Positions 24,500 to 37,422 of a stretch of 64,000 nt of DNA are shown in pieces; within the stretch, counting starts at the first letter, position 1; every line of letters starts with the position of its first letter. Where the stretch lies: the NCBI RefSeq assembly GCF_036321535.1, contig NC_087437.1:29142001-29206000 (forward strand), read 5' to 3'. Both the position numbers and the translations under genes were made by a program. The notes beneath the pieces are model-generated. The model saw only the letters and a program-made list of their open reading frames with translations. It was not told the origin of the DNA and did not search any database. Origin of the DNA: Camelus dromedarius. Taxonomy: Eukaryota.

Positions 24500-25060
24500 C
24501 TGTGTCCTAACTTGTCTTCCTGTTTCTACGCCTGAGCCCCTGAAGCCCAACATGCACTCAACAGCCAGAGCGATTTGTTGCAATATATTAAGAGTCCATC
24601 AGTCCTCTGCTTTAAATGTTCAGTTTAAACTTCTTACAGGCCTTACAAAGCCAGTGGGATCGGGTGGCCGCCTTGCCCTCCGCTGGCACCTCAGTTACAC
24701 TGGCTCTTTTCAGTCTTGGGAACCAGGCTTGCTTTCTGGCTTAGCGCTTTGAACTGGTAGTTCCTGTCTCTGCATGACGGGCTCCTTCTCATTCAGAGCT
24801 CAGCTTAGATGGCTGGATTCATCACACCCGATGATGTCGCTCAGCATCACAGGTCCTACGTCACACCAGCCACGATGAGTTAGTGCCACCCTCCATTCCC
24901 TTGCTTTCTTACTGCTTTCCTTCCTTCCCTCCCTCCTCCATTCTTTTTTCTTTCTGAGCTTTGTTTTTCTCTCTCTGCAGAAAGTTTCATCAGGACAGTA
25001 ACCCTGTTCCCTCCCCCACCTCCCCGTATCTACCTCATAATAGGTTTCAATAAATGCTCT
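24500..25060 (+). mobile_element. L2 LINE fragments
   Basis: 'aacagccagagcgatttgttgcaa', 'cttctcattcagagctcagcttagatg' and a terminal 'tcaataaatgct'. Confidence 0.55.
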
Positions 25061-25689
25061 CAGTGTAGGAGCAGATGGAGAGGATTCTGAATCCTGCAGG
25101 CACTCACTGGGTGGAACAGAGAGGGAGATGGCTTTCAGACCAACAGCACACCTTTCAAAGACACTGAACAAGGAACAAGTGCACTAGAAGTGTGTTGGCA
25201 TGGCTGGAACGTGGGGTGTGAGTTGAGCTTGGAGACAGCAGGAAAATAAAAGATGAGAACTGCGTGTGTGTGTGTTTGTATAACATATACAATAAATGGT
25301 TTTTCAACCTAAGGCTTATTTTTTTCCTAGACACATAGGAATGCAGACTTCTGTCACTTTCTGGTGTTGCTGCCCTGCAGGTAGAAAGGGAAGTGGCCTT
25401 GATGAAAGATACTGACAAATTTGGTCTGCTGTAATGACTCATTTCAGAGTTTTGACTTGACTTTTCTGTAGGGGTGTTTTTTTTTTGTTTTTTTTTTTGT
25501 TTTTTTTTTTGTTTTTTACAGTTTAATGAATGAATTGGAAATACACTAACTGAACTTGGCCAAATGTGGGAAACATGTATATAATCATTTTGTGTCATTT
25601 ATTTGACTCGTACAACAAATCACTGTAAGCAGCAACTTCGTTTTTATTTTCTATTTTTTGTTTGAGCTTTGTTTTGTTGATTATTTGTG

Positions 25690-25860
25690 AGGTTTAAAAA
25701 CAATTTGGGGAGACGGTGAAGAGGCTTTCATTCACTTTGACAGCCTCCTCGTCTGTAAAAGGAGAATAATAATAATGTTTATCTCAAAGGCTAGTTGGAA
25801 GACTTAGATGACTTAAAACATACCAAGTGCTTTGAGCAGTCCTCGCCGGTAATAGTCGTT
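25690..25860 (+). mobile_element. MIR SINE
   Basis: 'cctcctcgtctgtaaaaggagaataataataatg'. Confidence 0.6.
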
Positions 25861-26440
25861 AGCCTTTATCTCGGTCATCGTCATTTGCTGCTCTTATGAA
25901 GAGAAACATGATGTAACTTGGAAGCAATTTTACACTGGGTTCAAAAATCCACTGTAAACGTGTGTACAAATTTTCTGCTGGAGAGACGCGCTCTGCCATT
26001 TTACATTGCCAAGGCATTGCTTGATGATGACGATCGATAGCATTTTTTTGCAAGTTTCAAAAACAGAGTGTAAAGGACCACTCATCTGAACTGTGTCAAG
26101 TCCGTTGTTTTCATGTTTAAGAACAATGCAAAGGCCAGAATATACCGGGAAGATACTGGGCAAAGGTGAAAAGCAAAAATCTCAACAGAAAAACATGTGC
26201 TCTCTGGGAGGAAGAGAATGTGCTTTCCCGGCAGCCGGGTCATGACATTGAGTCCATTTAGCGAGCCTACAAACTGCAGTGACCCGGTCTCTGTCTGTGG
26301 CTGCAGCACTTCTCACCAAGATTCTAGGCTCCTTGTGGCCTGTGGTTCTGCAGCTCAGCTGGTGCGGAGGGCAGGAAGGAAGGGTGGGTCTGCTTGAGAC
26401 TTCCTGTCTTGCTGTGAGTCACTGATACCCAGCACTTCTC

Positions 26441-26660
26441 CTGCGCTTCTCTGCCTGCCATCCGGAGGGCAGGACCGCGGCTCTGCGTGGTGATAACGGC
26501 GCTGCCCGCGGTCCACACGCGTGGTCTGCGCGGCTCCGGGCGCGCTCCCTCCCGGCGCGAGCAAGGAACGGAAGGAAGGGCTCTCCCCACGTTACCCCGG
26601 GAGGAAGAGGATGATGGCACCTAGGAGAAAGCAAATCCTCCTGCATCCCTTCGGGGCCGT
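26441..26660. promoter_or_regulatory. Small orphan CpG island (promoter/enhancer candidate)
   Basis: About 24 CpGs counted in 220 bp against a CpG-depleted background; adjacent ETS (acttcctg ~26399) and AP-1 (tgagtca ~26415) motifs. Confidence 0.75.
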
Positions 26661-27221
26661 GGAAAGGAGGCTCATTTTGGAGACAGAAGGCAAAATTTCC
26701 ATTTTTGACTCGGCTGGGAAAGATCCTAAGCCCATCTCACACCTGCCTGCCTTCCATTCCCTGCCTTCCATTCCCTGCCTGCCTGCATTGCAAACAAACT
26801 GAAGTTGAACATGGGGTTTTGAGATTCCTGTAAGTAAATGCCCTGTAAATAAAAATTAAAGTAATTCTTGCTTGTGGAGTAAAATGTGAGTGGGATTAAT
26901 CTTTGTAGAGAAAGTCTGTCAAGAGGGCATGATAACATCTGTACTCCCTGACTTCTAAGCCTGCTGGGAGGATCAATAGTAATAATAATAGCAACAACTG
27001 AGCGCTTGTCTAACACTGGATATTATACTTTGTATACAGTATTACTAATCCTCACAACACCCGCCCCCAGCCCTCTGTTCTGCCAGCCGCCTTGAAATGG
27101 GATGATGTATGCAATAGTGCTTTGAAAATATTAGTCGTTAAATGTATTTTTATGTAAAAGTATAATTGTAATTAACATAAATAAAAATCCCAGGGGTAAT
27201 ATTTTCCTTAGGTTACAAAAA

Positions 27222-27420
27222 ACATGAGCTTTGGAGTTACAAACTCTAGGTTTAAACGCCATTTTGCCCCATTATATCTATCGCTAAGTCTCTCTGGGCC
27301 TCAGTTTCCTCCTCTGCAAAATGGGTGCAACAACAACTGCCTCTTAGGATTATAGCATTCACATGGACTATGTGTAAAAATTCCACATCTGTGTTTGACA
27401 CAGTAGGTTCACTACAAATA
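27222..27420 (+). mobile_element. MIR SINE
   Basis: 'ctctctgggcctcagtttcctcctctgcaaaatggg' core. Confidence 0.75.
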
Positions 27421-29651
27421 GGACTTCCCTTTCTTTTCCATTTTTCCTAGAGGTAATAGAAATGAGACAAAGATCTTTAGAATCATTAAGTATTTGATAA
27501 TTTTTCAGAGTGCCTCAGCAATATTGAGGAAGAGGAAGGACAGGCATAAGAGGAGTAAAGATGCAGAGTCTGCTGCCCATGAAGAAAATTAATTAGTCTG
27601 ATTATTCTCATAAAGTGTATTTGAAAGTAACTTTGGATCAGAGACTTGAAAAAAAATAAAGCTGTGATGGAAGAGGAGTTATTAAAAATGCATTTTGTTT
27701 TCCTTAACATGTCTGATCATAACAACACAACTTGATACCAGGGCTTTGGTAGGGAAGTTGCAATGAATTCAGTTGTGATAGGAATGAATCTAAATTGCTC
27801 GTCATTAAGTAGCTGCCTTAGAAAACCAGAAGCCTGGCCTCCCATCAGAGTATTCATTAAAGGAGAGAGATTAATGGTCACTGCTGTGCAGTAGAGAGAG
27901 ATTTTCAATGTTTTGTTCACACAATTAAATTTTTCTTTTATCCACAAAAGCTGGATCAGCTCTCAAAATGGTAATTATTAAACAAAATGTTCCTTTTCTC
28001 CATCTCTCTCTAACTTTACCCTTCAGAGCAGAAAATAACAGCACCTTTTTTTATATCAGTGCAGGTTACCTGCAGTACACTTCATGACATCCTCTACTTC
28101 TCATGGAAAATCGTATGAGTGTGGAGTTGGTTAGTGCATTTAAAAGACTGCTGATGCTCGAAAGATAAGTCCTGAGAACTATCTCAGCAAACACACTGGC
28201 ACCACTCTGGTGTAAGCCTGAAGCATTATGGCTTTCTGTGCAGACAAGGTTTTTAGAAACCTGAGCACCGTATTACTGTGTTAGGCCTAAAGACTTAAGC
28301 ACATAAATTGCATTCTTTTCCACAATTTTGGAAGCTTAAAACACAGAGTTCTAATTATATGTCCACATCTAAAAAGAAAAAAGTATACTTTGCAAAGGAA
28401 AGACACAGAAACCAGAGTAAACTTTCTTAAATAATAACAAACTTTTAACTACAAGGCCTTCATTTCATTTCACAGTATCGCCTACCAAATTCTTACTCTA
28501 CCTGTACCTACAACCTCAACTACTGAAATGGCTTCAGTTTGGGGTGGTAAATAGAAAACTCTCTGACAAATTGAGAACATAGCCCTGATAATTATCTCGT
28601 ACGTTATGGTTTCAGGGGCTGAGAGAGTTGTGTTTTCCTATGGTAGTTGCTAGTTATTGAGTAAATATTTGACAAAGAGTTTAAAAAGGCATTATCCAGA
28701 AATATGAGTCCACATCTTTAGAAAGGATAGACGGGGATAAAAGGAAATGAGAGGAATGTAGGGTAGCTTTTAGAAGCAGTTTATGAGATCTTTGTATGAA
28801 CCACATTTAACTAATGGCGACAGTGTTGGCTGTAGCTTTTATTATTCATGGATATCCTCAGGACATGATATAAAAGTATTTTAATGCTACTAATATTGCT
28901 AAGCTTAACATGAGTTTCTCGATCATGAAAAGGGGATTTTCTGCTTGTTTAGTTCCTTATTCTTAGACTAAAACATAAGCTGTGCTTTTTTTTTTTTTTT
29001 CCATATTTTTTGTTATTTGATATCCCTGATCCACACAGTGCAGGACCAACATCTAAGGAAGAGAAATTTGCTAGTGAGTCACATGGAAAAGAAATTTGAG
29101 TGTTTTTCAGGGCAAAGGAATTTAACAGTAATGATGTCAAATATGCAAACTCAACCTTGCCTCATCTGAGATTTTTTTTTTCCCCTCCCTTCCCCTTAAT
29201 CTTTCACAAGTTATACAAACTAAACTTAGAGAGGTTTGTCATTTTCAAAATAATTATGTTTAACACAAGAAGCAACAAAGGTCAATTTTGAAAAGTGACA
29301 CTTTTTTTTTCTCCTACTGGTTTTCATTATAAAGTTAGAAATACACCCTTTAAGTTCCCAATCTGCAGAAATTGATACTTTCATTGAAGAGGTTAAGATG
29401 GAAGGCTAGGCCATAAAAGGCCTGGTGATACTTAGAGAATTGAAGTTCCCACTTAGGCCCTGAATTTGGAACCTCCCTTCTACCATTAACCTTTTGCTAC
29501 TTCTGATGTTTAACCCCAAGGTCCCTCTCCCCTGTCACAGTGAGCCCTCACTCCACACGAGAACGTTTCAGCTTGGCTTTCTCACTGCACAGGTACAGTC
29601 TTGGTCCGCATCGGGGTCTCGAGCCTTCTAGAGCAGAGCCATGTTGGGGTG

Positions 29652-29827
29652 TAGTGGTTCTCAAACGTCAGTGTGCATCCGAACCACCTGGAGACCTTGT
29701 GAAAACACAGCTTGCTGAGCATCAGCCCTGGAGCTTCCAGTCCACTTGGTCTGGGGTGGTGCCTGAGAAGTCGCGTTTCTGACAAGTTCTCAGGTGATGC
29801 CGTTGCTGCCAGTCTGAAACCACCAGT
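29652..29827. mobile_element. MER5A-like hAT-Charlie MITE
   Basis: 'agtggttctcaaac...tgtgcatccgaaccacctggagaccttgtgaaaacacag...tttctgacaagttctcaggtgatgc'. Confidence 0.8.
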
Positions 29828-30198
29828 GCAGTGCAAAAAGCCCAAGACCGAAAGCTAAGAGATCATGACCTACATCTAGTTTCATAACTTCCCTCCATAA
29901 AAACACTACTGTGTGACCTCTGTGCTTTGTTTTCTGGTTGGTAAAGCAAAAAGGGCTGAGCTGGTAAGCCCCTGCTCAGAATTTCAGTGATTTTTCTGTC
30001 TATGTCACCTGAGAATTTATGACACAATCCAGTCTGTTAAAAAAACCAAATTGTTCCAACAGCTATCTCCCATTGTAAGCCTCGCCTCTGATGACAGAGC
30101 CTAGTCACACTGAAACTGGTGGGTCGAGGAGGGGTTAGAAAAACACCTCAGGTATTTCCAGGGTATGAATAAAATACTTCACAATCAAATTCTTAGAT

Positions 30199-30380
30199 CA
30201 GAGCTTTCCAAACGATGCACGTGAATAGGTTACAGGGATGCTGAGATATTGTTTCCAATGGACTGGAGGCATCAGAGCCTCTGGTCAGTCCATCTTCAAA
30301 AGTGTTCCTTTACCCCAGCGTGCCATTCAAATGCTATAAATTTCTGTGTACCATAATATGGCAGGGTTTGGGAAGCACTG
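30199..30380. mobile_element. hAT-Charlie MITE (MER112-like, tentative)
   Basis: TIR-like ends cagagctttccaaac / gtttgggaagcactg. Confidence 0.6.
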
Positions 30381-33300
30381 TTAGGCTAAGTAAAATGACT
30401 TTGTTTCTTCATCAGTCCTGTAGAGCTGGCATTCTTCATATCAAATTTATTTAGAAATGAGGGCATCTCTGAAAAAGTCTGATTGTGGTATACTAATTTT
30501 TTTAAAACATCAGCTGAAATATTGCCACCATTTTTGGTGCATTTTACTCTGATAGAGGACTTTGATGGAGTGTGGAACAGATGATTTGATTTTCCTGAAG
30601 CCCCCTGGGCAAGAGCTCTCTATCCTAACCGCATCTCTGGCTGCAGGCTGGGCTTTACCTGGTACATAAACAAGGAATTGAAGCGTGGTGGGTGGTAAGT
30701 TGTGGAGGCTCCTGTATGTGTGTGCACATGTGCAGAGGCTGTAACTTGAGGATGGAGAGAAGGAGAGAATGGTGCTGAGGTCCTTGGGTGGGACTTTCTT
30801 ATTTCCTGAAAGCATAGGCAATTTGACAACCTAGATCTGGGTCTTGACTGGAAAGCCCATAGAACTCTGGATAGAAGCTAGATATAGCCCACTGTAGCCT
30901 CAGAGACTAGAATGGTGCTTGGAACCAGATGGGTGCTCAAAACATGGCTTTGAATTGCATGGTAAAGGCTTGCCAAGGAATCTCTCCTCTCTGGGAACCT
31001 ATATTATTTACACTGCATATAGAAAGAGTTCTAAAAAAGGAAATGGTATGAAACAAAATGAAGCATTTTACTCTACAAACTTGAGCCAACATTATTCTAA
31101 CCAGTTCTCCTGCCTCATTGACTTGTTACAACTTGTCTTCTAGGAGGTCTAATTCCTGACTGTTTTTAGAAAAACAATATTCTGTTCTCTTGATTACTAA
31201 TTAGTCTTCTATGTTTGTCATCCTCCTTTTACACAGTAAATTCCCACAGCCTTTCTGCTTGCTAAAGCGTTGTCTAATTGATTGCTTACGAAATCGTTTA
31301 ATCTGACCCATGAGCTCTGAGTGAGCTGTTTTCCATCTCCAATTGCCTCCTTCACCAAGAAAAACGATGCCAAAGCTCTGTAGCATTTTCTGTTGGAGCC
31401 AAATGGCTCACACAGCCATGAATAAAATTAATACATTAAAACCCTATCATTTTGATGGTAGTACCAAACTGATTTATATCTTCAGTCAGTAGGAAGTCAC
31501 CTTTAGCAGAGAGAAAGCAGATGACAATGTTGTGATCAGTCCTTGCAAAAAAACAGATGAGGCCAGAGGTTACGTGAGGTTGCCCTAGCTCCAAACTGGG
31601 AAAAAATTCGTTTCCCTGGAGCTCAATTCTGTTTTGTACTTCTCCTTCAAACTTCATTTCTCAGTTGATTACTCATTACTGATAATTCTATGTTTGACCC
31701 TGGTTGGGCAAGATTTTGAAATGGCCAACCATGTATTATTTTCATCAAAATTTGCCTCAGGGTTAAAGGAGTCTGAAGATCACCATTTTTTTTTTTTTTT
31801 TGGACAGGAGAACCATCCAGATGTACATTCCAACAGATAGGGAATTCCTTTCCTTTATTATCCACACCTGCTTTACGTAATCCAGCCTCCTTCCAGCACC
31901 AAGACAACCATCTCCTCATAATGTGCTCATTTCTACTCTGCTGAAGACTGTCTTGCCTGGTTTTCATAAGAATATTCCTACTGCTATTCTCTTGAGTATT
32001 AAAAACAAGTGTAAGCCAAGAGACATACGATGCATATATTAGTAAAAACAAAAGCGAGTCTAATGACAAGAAACAGCTCCTTGCTAAGGGACACACCACC
32101 ATTAACACCCTCCATCCCCACAGCTTCGCCTGTCATCTCCCAGACTCCATCTAGTTCTTATCTACCTTCCAAAAGGATTTCCAGCTCCTAGCGGGCAGGA
32201 ATCCTGTTATTCATCTTTTGCACCCTTCCTAGTATCTAACGGAGTACTGAGCATCACATGGCTATCCAATAAATGATTGCTGAGTCACGTGGAATCGAAG
32301 TAAAATTTCCCATATTCCTGGTGCTAATCAAGGAAGCAGTTGAACCTACCCTTGTTCTCCATGGTCAGTTTGAGAACTATTGTCAAAAGTAAGGATTATC
32401 AGATATATGAAGATTACTGGGAAGGAAAAGCCAAAGACCAATGCAAAATAGTGCAAAGAAGGGTTACAGGAAAGACAATTCCCCTTCAATCTCGTCTAGT
32501 CCTGTCTGCAGAAAGGAGATGTTTGGTAAATGTTTGGTAAAAGTTACAGCCCATGTGGTCAATTGTGATTGTCACATGAACCAGCAGCACAGACCAAAAC
32601 AACTTTTTTGTTTTTAAGCCTGAGGTTCTAATAAAAAAAATCTGTGTTTATTGTTTCTTGGAGTTTTTTGATTAGTAAGCTCATATATAAATAATGAAAA
32701 GTGCTTCTCCAAGTCCATGGCTAATTCCTAAATATCAGTTCAGGGTTCAGACACTAGTTTTTACTGCAGATTTTCTCTCCTGTTTAAGCCCTGTGAGTGC
32801 GATGTGCAGGAGGCAGAACAGAGGTATTCTGTTAACTTTAGTGCTGTCACATGGGCTTCCCTGAGGACTGTGTGCTGGGCTCCAAAGTCTACAACCATGG
32901 CCTCATATTTCTCTTTACCATGCCTTGGTTTTTAAAATCTACTTTTGAATCTCTCGTTTTTCAGAGTTGTATGATAAAATCTTTCACTTTATACTTCCCC
33001 CCCTCCCCAAGTCTAGTGGAGTAAGGAGCATCTTGTGGGTTTTCAAGAAGCAATTTTTGAATCATATTGAATTGAATTTAAAATTTAAACAAAATACTGT
33101 TCTTTGTTTCCAGTTTAAAAGTTGTACATGTTATCTATGGAATACTATATTTGCATAATGATTACAAATTAAATAGTATAAAATATTACAAAAAATACTT
33201 AAAACAGCAGTTTAACCAAAACTAGGCATTGCATATGAACACAGACAGGCCTTGGCTATTTCCTGTAACATATCTGTCTTATAGCTTTTATTTTATTTTA

Positions 33301-34033
33301 TTATTTTTTTTATATAAAGATTTATCTGTGAAAGCATTAACCACGTTTTTTGAAAAGCACTTGTCATTTTTTTTGCTATGTAAGAATGCTAAGGTAGAAA
33401 CACGTGGGATCCATTTTTTCTGTTACTTTGGCTTTTGAAAAAGTAACCTCCATTTTTCAAATAAGTGTAATGAAATTACACGTTTTACGCATATTTTGGC
33501 CCCACAGATAACTTTACCTGTAGAATTGGTCTAGTAACCTACTAATGTCTTGGCACCACCTCACCTCGACTTTGTGGGATTCTCTGTAATAATGCATTTT
33601 CATCCTTTATTAGAGAGTTTTTTTTCCCATGGAAATATTGGTATTTTGAATAAACACCAATGTGTGTGAAAGATGTGTGAAAGATCAACAGGAAATACGA
33701 TTATACCCATATGATAAGTGCTTTTCTCTAAATCACAAAAACTGGATTATAAAACAAAGGTGATGGTTTTAGTTTTCTAAGTTCTCCCTCTTATAATTTC
33801 ATTGGTCCTTGTTCAACAAAATGAAAATTGAAATTAGTCTTTGTTTTATTATATTAATAGATCTGACAATCCACTTGACGCCGTTGTCACGGGCAAAGCT
33901 AGAACATTTCGTGAGACTGTTGCTGTGACAAGAAGTTTGGGGTTGTTGAGCAAAACTGCGGGGGTTAAGGCCTGTTTTGCTGTGCTCACAGATCTGACCA
34001 GCTGCCATTTTTCATGTACAGCAGAACCTGAAG

Positions 34034-34205
34034 CAGTGGTTTCCAAAGCATGGTCTGTGAGGCATCTGAGAAGCTGGTGGTTATGCATATTCCCAGGCCC
34101 CACGTGGACCAACAGAATCAGGACCTCTGGGTGCAGGGCCTGGAGACCCAAGGGAAAACAAGTGTCCCAGGTGATCATTATGCCCTCCAAACTTGAAAGC
34201 CACTA
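34034..34205. mobile_element. MER5-family MITE
   Basis: 'cagtggtttccaaag...attcccaggccccac...gaatcaggacctctggg...caaacttgaaagccact'. Confidence 0.75.
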
Positions 34206-34246
34206 ACTGAAGGCTCACACTTAATGATCAAAAACTACACAACTCA

Positions 34247-34365
34247 ATATGAAAACAAATGTATGTATACATATGCATGACAGAGACGAGGGCACTGTGC
34301 TGTACACCAGACATGGACACGTTGTAACTGATGGTACTTCAATTACAAAAACAAAAACACAAAAA
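34247..34365 (+). mobile_element. Young L1 extreme 3' end
   Basis: 'tgctgtacaccagac...gtaactgatggtacttcaatt' plus A-rich tail; imperfect TSD ctacacaactca / ctacaaaactca. Confidence 0.8.
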
Positions 34366-34512
34366 AACCCTACAAAACTCATCTTTTGGTTAAAAAAAAA
34401 AGATTAATTTGGTAACACTTATCTTTTGGTTTTATATTTTAATCTGCCTCTCCACGCGGTGTGCTTTTGTTACTTCCTACTTACCTCCTCTCTCTTACTA
34501 AATCTCATAGAA

Positions 34513-34642
34513 TTTTTTCTTTTTCTTTTTTTTTGGGGGGTGGGGAGGGGAGGAGGTAATAAGTTTTTTTATTTTTTATCTTTAATAGGGGTGCTGGGGA
34601 TTGAACCTAGGACCTCCTGTAGGCTAGGCACGCGCTCTACCC
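34513..34642 (-). mobile_element. tRNA-derived SINE (Vic-1-like)
   Basis: ggggattgaacctaggacctc...cgcgctctacccctgagctataccctcccc with T-rich tail. Confidence 0.88.
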
Positions 34643-37195
34643 CTGAGCTATACCCTCCCCCCCAAATTTTAGAACTATGTGTGATTAGAATTCTTTGGTT
34701 ACAAGTAACACAATCTAATTCAGAGTTAAGCTAAAACAAAATTTATTGCAATTTATAAAATAAAGTCAAAAATAAATCTGAAGACCCAGTGTTAAGAAAA
34801 GATAAGTACTTCCAGATATGTTGCAGAATAGGAAGGACCTACCATCTTCAGCTCCTGTGTTACTTTATTCAAATTTCAAATTACATTTAAAATGTATAGG
34901 CTTTGCCTGCCATGGTCATGTTCCCGTATCCTGGCCAGGGGGGAGAGAGAGTAACGTAGGGACACCTTCTAGGACTGTATCCAGTGACTTGGCTGTGGGG
35001 TAGATTTCTAAAGCAAAATAGTAGTATGTTTACAAGAAGAGTGGAGGATTTCTGTGTAGTCCAAAAAAAAAAAAAAAAAAGAAAAAGAAAAATAGATTCA
35101 CCACCATGATGCAGAAAACTTTAGAATACTGAAGTCCTTATTTTATTCGTAAGTCAACAAATTCCTGAGAGTTAGTCAACAAATACTACACAACTAGTGC
35201 TCTGAATCGGGTGCTATGGCAGGTGTTAGGGAAATAAGAAGTTACTAGAGGTCAGGGGCAACAAATTAAGGCAAACAGTAGGTGGGCTAGTTTAGACAGA
35301 ATATGTTTATAATAGGACTTCTCTAATCAGGACTAAGGGAAGAGCCTGTTTATGTAAATAAAAGTCTGAATCAGATGTCTTTTTATTTAAATAGACTATT
35401 GTTTCCCTTAACTAAGGACACCATGGTAAACATTGTTTGCCTGCTGGGTGTTCTGATGGGGCCCCTGGCCTTAAGGAATAGCTATGGGGACTTGCAATTT
35501 GTATAGTAGTTGAATTAAATAATTATTGAGTGAATAAAATGACCTAATGGCAAGTGTTTCTTGTTGATCAAGTTGATCTGAACAGACCCCATCATTCTGA
35601 CCAACTTTTATTGAGCACCTAATATGTGCTGGTTACTGGGGATTAGAAGATTGTTCCTGCACTCAGAGAGTTCGTATTCATTTTCAGGGAGTGCCTTCTT
35701 CAGGGATAAAGGAAAAGCAAACTTTAGCCTGCTTTAGCTTATCTCAAGTTCCACAATTTGCCCTCTTAAACTTGTCTTTGCAACAGGTCATCCTACCAGG
35801 AATGCTCCAGTCCCTAGTCATCCACTAATAAGTACTTAATCTTCCTTTATGTTTGAGATCAAAAGACTCTCTGGGTAGAATTTTCTCATTTCCCCTAAAG
35901 TTTAAATCTGCTGCAGCATTTTATGTCAATGCTTCCGTCCCATCATTGCTTTCCTGCCTTGCTCCCCATTAGACCTTTACTTCTTCGTCTTCGAGAAGCC
36001 TGGAGCCTCCTTAGATAGTGTCTGCTGCATGGGCTCAACCACCATTTATAGTCTGAGAATGCTCAGAGCTTTGTTTCCAGCTCAGACATGTGTGCTGACT
36101 TCTGGATTTATCCAGCCTGATGCACACACAGAATTTCCAAATCTGATCTCATTGATCATTCCTTCACTTTTCTCCTTCTCTTGGAATTCTCAATCTGGGT
36201 GAAAGGTACTGCCTTCTTAGTTTTCTGAGACAAAAACCTGGAATCTCTGAGTCCTCCATCTCCTCCTCCCACAGGAATTCAGAATTCCTTCACCTTGATT
36301 TCTCCCTACTCCTCCCACTCTTCCACATCCCCCCTGCCACTACCTTAGCTCAGGCCAGCATGCTTTTTGTGAGAACTGCAGTAACTTCTAAATTAGTGTA
36401 GCGCCTTCTGTCCCAGCCTGCAAAGAGCTAGCAGAAACCAACCTTATGAAACAAAGCCTATTTCCCTTACCTGACTTCCCATACCTCTTTTTTAAAACAT
36501 TTCAAAAGCTGTGATATTAAGGGCAGAGCTCATTTGCATAATATGAAAACCGCTTCTTTGTCCACCCCTGCCTATCTAGTTTCTAGGCCTGCCAATCGCA
36601 GCAAGTAGTGTTGGTGTTCCCAGCTCCCTCTCTGCCCCTCTCCCCCACATCCCAAGGTCTTACCATTTTAATGAGACTGACTTCCAGCTGCCTGAGGTCG
36701 GTCTTCTCTAGCTGTCTTCAACCAACAGGTACCAAATATGGACGCGTAAATAAGTATTCCAACTTCCCTGTCCTCTGTTTAGATAACTCTGAGGCCTATG
36801 TCCTATGTCAACTCCCAGAATTCTCCATTTATCCACATTTACCACAGTGGTAACAGACTTGATAAAGTAACCTATGTGGATGCTTTTCCTTTCCCAGCGA
36901 CCTCCCAGTGTTTCCAGATCCCCTCACTGATAGACTGAATCCTTATCTCTGCATCATATTTTGAAGCAGCTAAATAAGACACCCAACATGTATCCTTTGT
37001 TTCAGCCAAAAATGTTTTTTCATTTTTTTTTTTTTGACATGAAAAAATGTTACGTTTTCTCATGTTTCCTCTGCTTGGAATGGTTCTGGCTCCCACCTCC
37101 CTTACCTAGCTAAACTTTTCTAATTTCTTAAAATTTTTGCCTAAGCACTGCCTCTTTTAAGGGAAGCTTTTCTTAACACTGAATTGTGGACTGGA

Positions 37196-37422
37196 TTAAG
37201 TCGTGTGAGCTGCTTATATATTCTGGAGATCAAGCCTTTGTCGGTTTCATTTGCAAAAATTTTCTCCCATTCCATAGGTTGTCTTTTTGTTTTACTTATG
37301 GTCTCCTTTGCTGTGCAGAAGCTTGTAAGTTTCATTAGGTCCCATTTGTTTATTCTTGCTTTTATTTTTATTGCTTGAGTAGACTGTTCTAGGAGAACAT
37401 TTTTGAGATGTATGTCAGATAA
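37196..37422 (-). mobile_element. Internal L1 ORF2 fragment with perfect 16 bp TSD and no poly(A)
   Basis: Encodes KARINKWDLMKLTSFCTAKETISKTKRQPMEWEKIFAN..DKGLISRIYKQL; tgaattgtggactgga at 37180-37195 and 37423-37438. Confidence 0.92.
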
